64,000 nucleotides of DNA, taken from positions 64,001 through 128,000 of the IMG/VR virus record IMGVR_UViG_3300036770_008715; one strand, written 5' to 3'. The position numbers and the translations under genes were made by a program. Below are positions 59,515-64,000 of this stretch, one piece after another. Origin of the DNA: a virus. The stretch's first letter is position 1. Every line of letters begins with the position of its first letter. The notes under the pieces are model-generated. The model was not told the DNA's origin. It was given only the letters and a program-made list of their open reading frames with translations, and did not search any database.

Positions 59515-62291
59515 TGGCAGAAAAACCTAAGAATAAGCCAACAAAGAAAACCAAGAAACTTCTTGAGGATCTTGAATCGCTCAGCACAATGGATTTCGCA
59601 AAAGAAAGATATCGCGAAACCAGAGGAGCAGGCGGAAGCAGAATTAGCGCACTACAGGCTAGCGTCAAGCGTTATGGCGAAGCTGGCGAGGCCAAGCGCA
59701 CACTAGCCACTGGTAAAAAAGGTGGCGCCGAAGAATTCTTCAAATATGCTGGATTTGAAAACCTTGGTATGATTGCTGGCGCTTTGTTTGATCGCAAGGC
59801 AACCAAAGAAGAAACAGAAGCTGCTCGCCAGACTCTTGGTATGAATAGTCAGGAAGAAGAGAAAAAAGAAAAGAAAGAAAAGGGTGGAGTTGATTCTAAG
59901 AAAGTTGATTATATTGTTAAGTCATCTCAAGATATAAAAGCTAAAATGGCGTCGATCTATGGTGCAATTGCACAGATTGATAAAAACGTATCTTATATTG
60001 TTGATCGGGTTGCGCCCAAACTTCTTGAAGCCAAAGAAGAAGGCGGCGAAGGCAGGAAACTATTACAGTTCGATCCACTAGCTCCAGCTGGCGAACAGTT
60101 CAGGCAAATAGCTGATTCTGGTAAAGCAACAGTAGCAAAGGCACCAAAAGAATACATGAAGTCTGCTACAATGAAAGCAGCACTTATGGGATCAATGCCA
60201 CCTCCAGCTGCAGCGACAACAGGCACATTCCAAGATCCAACCGAAAAAAGTTTTACCGAAGAATTTGCAAAGGAAGATCCAATTGCTATTCTTCGTCAAG
60301 ATATGAATACTAACTTTGAGAAGCTATTCAAGATTCTGGAAGAACAAAAAGAACAAATGGATAGTATGAACACTCCTTTGGGAAGTTTGTTGAGTATGGT
60401 TCCAACCGTAGTGGGGCTCGGATCGCTCGGTCCCATGCTAAAGAAAGTTGGAGGGGTTATACCAAAACTTGGTAAATTCTTGGGCCCAGCTGGTGCAGCT
60501 GCAATGGCAGGTTATATTGGTTATGAAGTTGGTAGTTGGCTGAATGAGAAATTCAAACTATCCGATAAACTTCTCAATCTTATGCCAGATCCAGATATCA
60601 CTCCTGAGCAAAGAAAGAAAGCTGCCGAGGAATCGAAACTTCCAGGGCAAGACGAAAGGCTGGCAGAAATTGGCTGGAAACAAGAAACAGACGATGAAGG
60701 GAATAGAATCTATACAGATTTGAAATCTAATAAAACATATAGATTCAATGAACTGACAAAAGAACAGCAGAACGCTATTGTTGATGCTAGAATGGCCGTT
60801 CCAAAAGAACCAAGCGGAATGCGAGGCGCACCAATTCCAGCGCAGTATGAAGAGCCATATGATTCTGTTCGGAATCCAATGCCTGGAACAGAGGGGGCGA
60901 AAAAGCCTGCTGCAGCAGCATCATCAACTCCATTGATGACAGTAGAACAGGCGCTAACTCCAACAGGAAAAATATCTGAGGCTGCACCAAACTCTGGCCC
61001 TCCATTAATGATGAAGTCTGCTGCTAATAAAGAAGGTGGAATTCCTAACGTTGCTCCAACACCACCCAAGAAAGTCAGCAATCAGCAGGGAAAGAACTCA
61101 ATGATCAAGGCTCTTGATAAAAAAGGAGTCACTGATCCAAAAGCCAGAGCTGCTATTATGGCGCAGGTTGCCCATGAATCTGGTGGATTTACTCAATTGT
61201 CTGAGAATCTGAAGTATTCTCCACCAAGACTAAAGCAAGTATTCTCATATTATAAGAGAAATCCTGAAGAAGCTGCAATCGATGCAGGCAATCCAGTTGC
61301 AGTTGCGAGTAAGGCATATGCAAGTCGACTTGGTAATGGTCCACCTCCAACAGGTGACGGCTGGGAATATCGTGGCCGTGGATTTATTCAGCTAACTGGT
61401 AAATCCAACTACAATCGATTTGGCGTCAATAACCCTGACGATCTACTCAGTCCAGATAAAGCCGCCGAGAATGCAGTTAATTATATGCTTGGATACAAAG
61501 GCGATTGGAGCGATGTAGCTGGTGTTACCAGATATGTCAATGGTAATGCTATGCTTGGCCTTAGCGAGCGAGCTGGATACTTTGATTCATTCCTGAACGA
61601 TCCAGAAGTAACTCAAGGAGGGAGCGCTGAAGCTGCTGCTGGTGGCGATACCAGTTCTTCCGCAGCTGCTGGAGCTGGTGGAGGTGCAATTGGTGTAGCT
61701 GCAGCGCCTGTAGGTGATACGGGAAATCAAGAAATACAAAGTGCACTTGGATCATTGACGTCAATGGCTGGAGCAGCCGAAGCAGTAGCGGGCGAAACTG
61801 CACTACAACAAAGCGGAGTTGTGTCGGGCGCACCTGGTGGTCCAGTCATACCAGCGGCAACAGGAGAGGGAACAGTACCTTCTGAACAAGGAGAGGGGAT
61901 TACCAAATCACAAACAAATGCCTTGTTAGATATCGCCGCCCAGAACAGAGCAAAGAATTCTGGTATCAGCGTAGAACAAGCAAAATCTGAATTATCTTTT
62001 GCTCCACAGGCTACTATTCAACCAATCCAAACAGTTAGTGGAATGGGAATGGATGTTGCATCTCAAGCAATGGAAATGGGTAAAGCTACACTCGCTGCTA
62101 CTCAGGCCGCGCCGACTATTGTAATGCCTCCAGCACAACAAGCGATGGCGCCGCAACAACCCCAACAAAAAACTAATCCGTTAGCTGTTCTTGGTGAAGT
62201 TGCAACCAGAGCAGCAGAGAGTGCATTCCAAAGAGCCATATCAAAGGACTTCTCTCACCCAACTGCCTTTACAACGATTGGTACAATATAG
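59514..62291 (+). CDS. Tape-measure-like (gp29-position) protein with GH19 muramidase/chitinase domain
   Basis: Charged helical N-terminal region and an amphipathic/hydrophobic segment; MAQVAHESGGF..LSENL.YS...GDGWEYRGRGFIQLTGKSNY...VTRYVNG GH19 motifs. Confidence 0.75.
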   Translation: MAEKPKNKPTKKTKKLLEDLESLSTMDFAKERYRETRGAGGSRISALQASVKRYGEAGEAKRTLATGKKGGAEEFFKYAGFENLGMIAGALFDRKATKEETEAARQTLGMNSQEEEKKEKKEKGGVDSKKVDYIVKSSQDIKAKMASIYGAIAQIDKNVSYIVDRVAPKLLEAKEEGGEGRKLLQFDPLAPAGEQFRQIADSGKATVAKAPKEYMKSATMKAALMGSMPPPAAATTGTFQDPTEKSFTEEFAKEDPIAILRQDMNTNFEKLFKILEEQKEQMDSMNTPLGSLLSMVPTVVGLGSLGPMLKKVGGVIPKLGKFLGPAGAAAMAGYIGYEVGSWLNEKFKLSDKLLNLMPDPDITPEQRKKAAEESKLPGQDERLAEIGWKQETDDEGNRIYTDLKSNKTYRFNELTKEQQNAIVDARMAVPKEPSGMRGAPIPAQYEEPYDSVRNPMPGTEGAKKPAAAASSTPLMTVEQALTPTGKISEAAPNSGPPLMMKSAANKEGGIPNVAPTPPKKVSNQQGKNSMIKALDKKGVTDPKARAAIMAQVAHESGGFTQLSENLKYSPPRLKQVFSYYKRNPEEAAIDAGNPVAVASKAYASRLGNGPPPTGDGWEYRGRGFIQLTGKSNYNRFGVNNPDDLLSPDKAAENAVNYMLGYKGDWSDVAGVTRYVNGNAMLGLSERAGYFDSFLNDPEVTQGGSAEAAAGGDTSSSAAAGAGGGAIGVAAAPVGDTGNQEIQSALGSLTSMAGAAEAVAGETALQQSGVVSGAPGGPVIPAATGEGTVPSEQGEGITKSQTNALLDIAAQNRAKNSGISVEQAKSELSFAPQATIQPIQTVSGMGMDVASQAMEMGKATLAATQAAPTIVMPPAQQAMAPQQPQQKTNPLAVLGEVATRAAESAFQRAISKDFSHPTAFTTIGTI

Positions 62292-62293
62292 AG

Positions 62294-62307
62294 TGGTGCC
62301 TCGGAGT
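62294..62307 (-). pseudogene. 3' remnant of a tRNA (probably Leu): ACT-CCGAGGC-A-CCA
   Basis: Exact complement of GCCTCGG at 62885-62891, followed by discriminator A and CCA. Confidence 0.75.
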
Positions 62308-62384
62308 TGGTGCCCATGGTGAGATTTGAACTCACACTTGAAGCATTTTAAGTGCTTTGCCTCTGCCAATTGGGCTACACGGGC
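62308..62384 (-). tRNA. trnL: tRNA-Leu(TAA), 77 nt, short variable loop
   Basis: GCCCGTG TA GCC CAATTGGCAGA GGC A AAGCA CT-TAA-AA TGCTT CAAGT GTGAG TTCAAAT CTCAC CATGGGC A CCA folds as a complete cloverleaf. Confidence 0.9.
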
Positions 62385-62827
62385 TACTTAACCTTTTGAG
62401 ATCTTCCCCCTTTATGGTTTAAGGATATTTTTCTTTTATGTTGTTCGCTTTTTGGTTTACCTCTATTCCCACTTCCAGAGGTATTTCCAATAGATAATTC
62501 ACTTCGTAGTGCTCGAGCACCATCTTCTCCATGTTTTTCAATGAGTTTATCCCAACCAGATTTCCATGTACCATGACGTTTTGCATCATCGATATTTTCT
62601 TTTCTAGTCCCCCAATATAAATGTTTTGGATTAGAACAATTTTGGTTTCCACAATTATGGCATAAATCTATTCTCTGCCCCGTTGGAAAATTAGTCCCAA
62701 GATATTCTGCCAAAACACCTCGATGTACTGTAGAGTTTCCTCCCCTTTCAATACATAATTCTTGCATATCTAAATGAGCAGTTCTAATTTGCCTTGGTGT
62801 AGTTATCCATTCTTCTACTAAAATCAT
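62384..62827 (-). CDS. HNH/His-Cys-type homing endonuclease with C-terminal NUMOD3-like motif
   Basis: LCHNCGNQNCSNPKHLYWGTRKEN; GKPKSEQHKRKIS; SD AAGGA before ATG 62827; the G of the TAG stop is tRNA nucleotide 1. Confidence 0.85.
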   Translation of the reverse strand: MILVEEWITTPRQIRTAHLDMQELCIERGGNSTVHRGVLAEYLGTNFPTGQRIDLCHNCGNQNCSNPKHLYWGTRKENIDDAKRHGTWKSGWDKLIEKHGEDGARALRSELSIGNTSGSGNRGKPKSEQHKRKISLNHKGGRSQKVK

Positions 62828-62857
62828 TTGAATTTCCTTTTTTGGTAAACGCAAACT

Positions 62858-62865
62858 TATTTAGT
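62858..62865 (-). promoter_or_regulatory. Late promoter ACTAAATA for the HNH gene
   Basis: Same motif as at 11736 and 57022, 30 nt upstream of ATG 62827. Confidence 0.65.
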
Positions 62866-62874
62866 ATTTTTATA

Positions 62875-62891
62875 CATTTCGCCACCGAGGC
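62875..62891 (-). pseudogene. 5' remnant of a tRNA-Leu: GCCTCGG-TG-GCGAAATG
   Basis: Leu-type 5' end (acceptor strand, U8-G9, GCG-AAAT D-arm start) beginning 5 nt after the CCA of tRNA-Gly. Confidence 0.75.
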
Positions 62892-62896
62892 AAAAT

Positions 62897-62970
62897 TGGA
62901 GCGGGGTATGGGAATCGAACCCATGTAGCTAGCTTGGAAGGCTAGATCACAACCACTATGACAACCCCGC
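62897..62970 (-). tRNA. trnG: tRNA-Gly(TCC)
   Basis: GCGGGGT...CTAGC CT-TCC-AA GCTAG...ATGGG TTCGATT CCCAT ACCCCGC T CCA. Confidence 0.92.
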
Positions 62971-62978
62971 TACAATCC

Positions 62979-63866
62979 TCAGTCGTCAGCTAGATTCTTG
63001 AAGTATGACAGTTCATCATCGTCATCTAGACTGACACTTTCAGCAGCAGGCTTCTTAGCCTTTGGTGGATTCCAAGGAGCTTCGTCCTCGTCAACCTTTG
63101 GAGCAGCCTTTGCAGCAGCACCACCAGCACCAAGAACGCGATCCAGTTTGGCCTTCAGCTCATCATAGGTCTTGAAGTTTTCAGGCTTCAAGAAATCCTG
63201 GAGAGAGTGAGAGGCTTTCCAGACTTTTTCAATTTGCTTATCGTCACCGTCAAACAGAGAAGAAGCAGCTTCGAACTCTGACTTATCGTAGTTACGATAG
63301 CCTTCATAGTTACGGATCTTGAGTTTGAAGTTGGCACCCTTCCAGAAATCAAAAGGATTCATTGGCTTCTCATCTTCAAACTCTGGCTGAAGCTGTGCAT
63401 TGATTTTCTCAAAGACCTTCTTACCATACTTGAAGAGGAAGACTTTGCCTTCGTTTTCAGGATGTTTGGGATCTGAAATCACAAGGATGTTGGAGATGTA
63501 AGACAGCTTACGCTTTTGCTTACGGGCAGTTTCCTTGTTGGCTTCGATGCCACTGTTCCAGAGCTGGGTATTCAGCTCGCCAACGGGATCGTTCTTACCG
63601 ATCGTCGTCAGTGAGTTTTCGATATACCAGCCACCAGGACCTTGGAAGCCATGTGACCAGATCTGGACCCAGGGAAGGCCATTCTCGCCATCAGCTGCAG
63701 GTGCATCAAGGAAACGGATTACAGCATAACCATTACCCGACTTATCAACATCAGGTTGCCAGAATCGCTCATCTTTAGATGGAGCAGCATTAGGCTTCGA
63801 AGATGACTCCATTGCGGAGCGGAGTTTGTCGAGTGAGTTGGTTTTTTTAAGTGCGGAAATATTCAT
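62979..63866 (-). CDS. gp32: Single-stranded DNA-binding protein gp32
   Basis: DERFW.P.VDKSGNGYAVIRFL; HGFQGPGGWYIENSLTT; GKVFLFKYGKK; PFDFWKGANFKLKIR; acidic tail ending YFKNLADD. Confidence 0.97.
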   Translation of the reverse strand: MNISALKKTNSLDKLRSAMESSSKPNAAPSKDERFWQPDVDKSGNGYAVIRFLDAPAADGENGLPWVQIWSHGFQGPGGWYIENSLTTIGKNDPVGELNTQLWNSGIEANKETARKQKRKLSYISNILVISDPKHPENEGKVFLFKYGKKVFEKINAQLQPEFEDEKPMNPFDFWKGANFKLKIRNYEGYRNYDKSEFEAASSLFDGDDKQIEKVWKASHSLQDFLKPENFKTYDELKAKLDRVLGAGGAAAKAAPKVDEDEAPWNPPKAKKPAAESVSLDDDDELSYFKNLADD

Positions 63867-63921
63867 TAGTATGTCCTCGTATTACGGTGTATTAAGTTAT
63901 CCAAATTGGCATAACGATACT

Positions 63922-63950
63922 ATTATATAGCTTCCAGAACTGAAAGTAAA
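63922..63950 (-). promoter_or_regulatory. Sigma70/T4-early-type promoter for gene 32 (TTTACT-N17-TATAAT)
   Basis: -35 at 63945-63950, -10 at 63922-63927, 17-nt spacer. Confidence 0.8.
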
Positions 63951-64000
63951 ATGTTTTTATACTTCTTCACATCAACATTGAGGAACGCACCATATTTGCG
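63923..64000 (-). CDS. gp59: 3' end of helicase loader gp59 (partial)
   Basis: RKYGAFLNVDVKKYKNILLSVLEAI*; conserved position upstream of gene 32. Confidence 0.7.
   Translation of the reverse strand, partial: RKYGAFLNVDVKKYKNILLSVLEAI

Noticed and set aside
62294-62320. Prophage/integrase attachment-site duplication of a tRNA 3' end
   Set aside because: Only GGCACCA is shared with the inner tRNA; the outer 3' piece pairs with the distant 5' remnant instead; no integrase in the window
62294-62891. Group I intron in tRNA-Leu(UAA), or tmRNA
   Set aside because: The breakpoints are in the D-loop and T-stem, not the anticodon loop; the outer tRNA core is missing; the insert is almost fully ORF + tRNA, leaving no room for a ribozyme; there is no Ala G3:U70 identity and no outer T-arm
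1-64000. Stop-codon reassignment
   Set aside because: Long conserved genes are intact under code 11, and TAA, TAG and TGA all end genes at expected positions

Overview
This 64 kb window comes from a large, AT-rich T4-like myophage with a gene order like that of cyanophages and pelagiphages; the host cannot be determined. Positions 1-57002 form one minus-strand late block. It opens with baseplate core genes (gp48, gp53, gp27-like, gp5 without a lysozyme domain, gp25, gp6, gp7-like, gp8, two VrlC/DUF4815-type genes). About 35 kb of accessory fibre and adhesin genes follow: Gln-rich collagen stalks, beta-propellers, C1q-like domains, lyase-like heads and two glycine-rich adhesins, plus a glutaredoxin-like protein, a DUF6065-like protein, a 2OG-Fe(II) oxygenase and a SAM methyltransferase. 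Overlapping divergent late promoters at about 57022-57035 start a plus-strand block: gp4, gp2, gp54-like, gp26-like, a small gp51-like ORF, and a tape-measure-like protein carrying a GH19 domain. The right end holds tRNA-Leu(TAA), an HNH endonuclease, tRNA-Gly(TCC), gp32 and the 3' end of gp59. Four observations stand out. (1) A late promoter + HNH endonuclease + short-armed tRNA-Leu(UAA) cassette is nested between the 5' and 3' remnants of another tRNA-Leu, whose 7-bp acceptor stem and ACCA end are intact. (2) There is a candidate -1 frameshift (T TTT TTT) joining the gp26-like and gp51-like ORFs just before the tape measure. (3) A 983-aa Gly-X-X protein has an A3-B5-A5-B5 repeat layout and lies next to a candidate prolyl hydroxylase. 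(4) Shared terminal motifs suggest the fibre proteins dock into chains in gene order. All family assignments are from motif recognition by eye; no database search was run.
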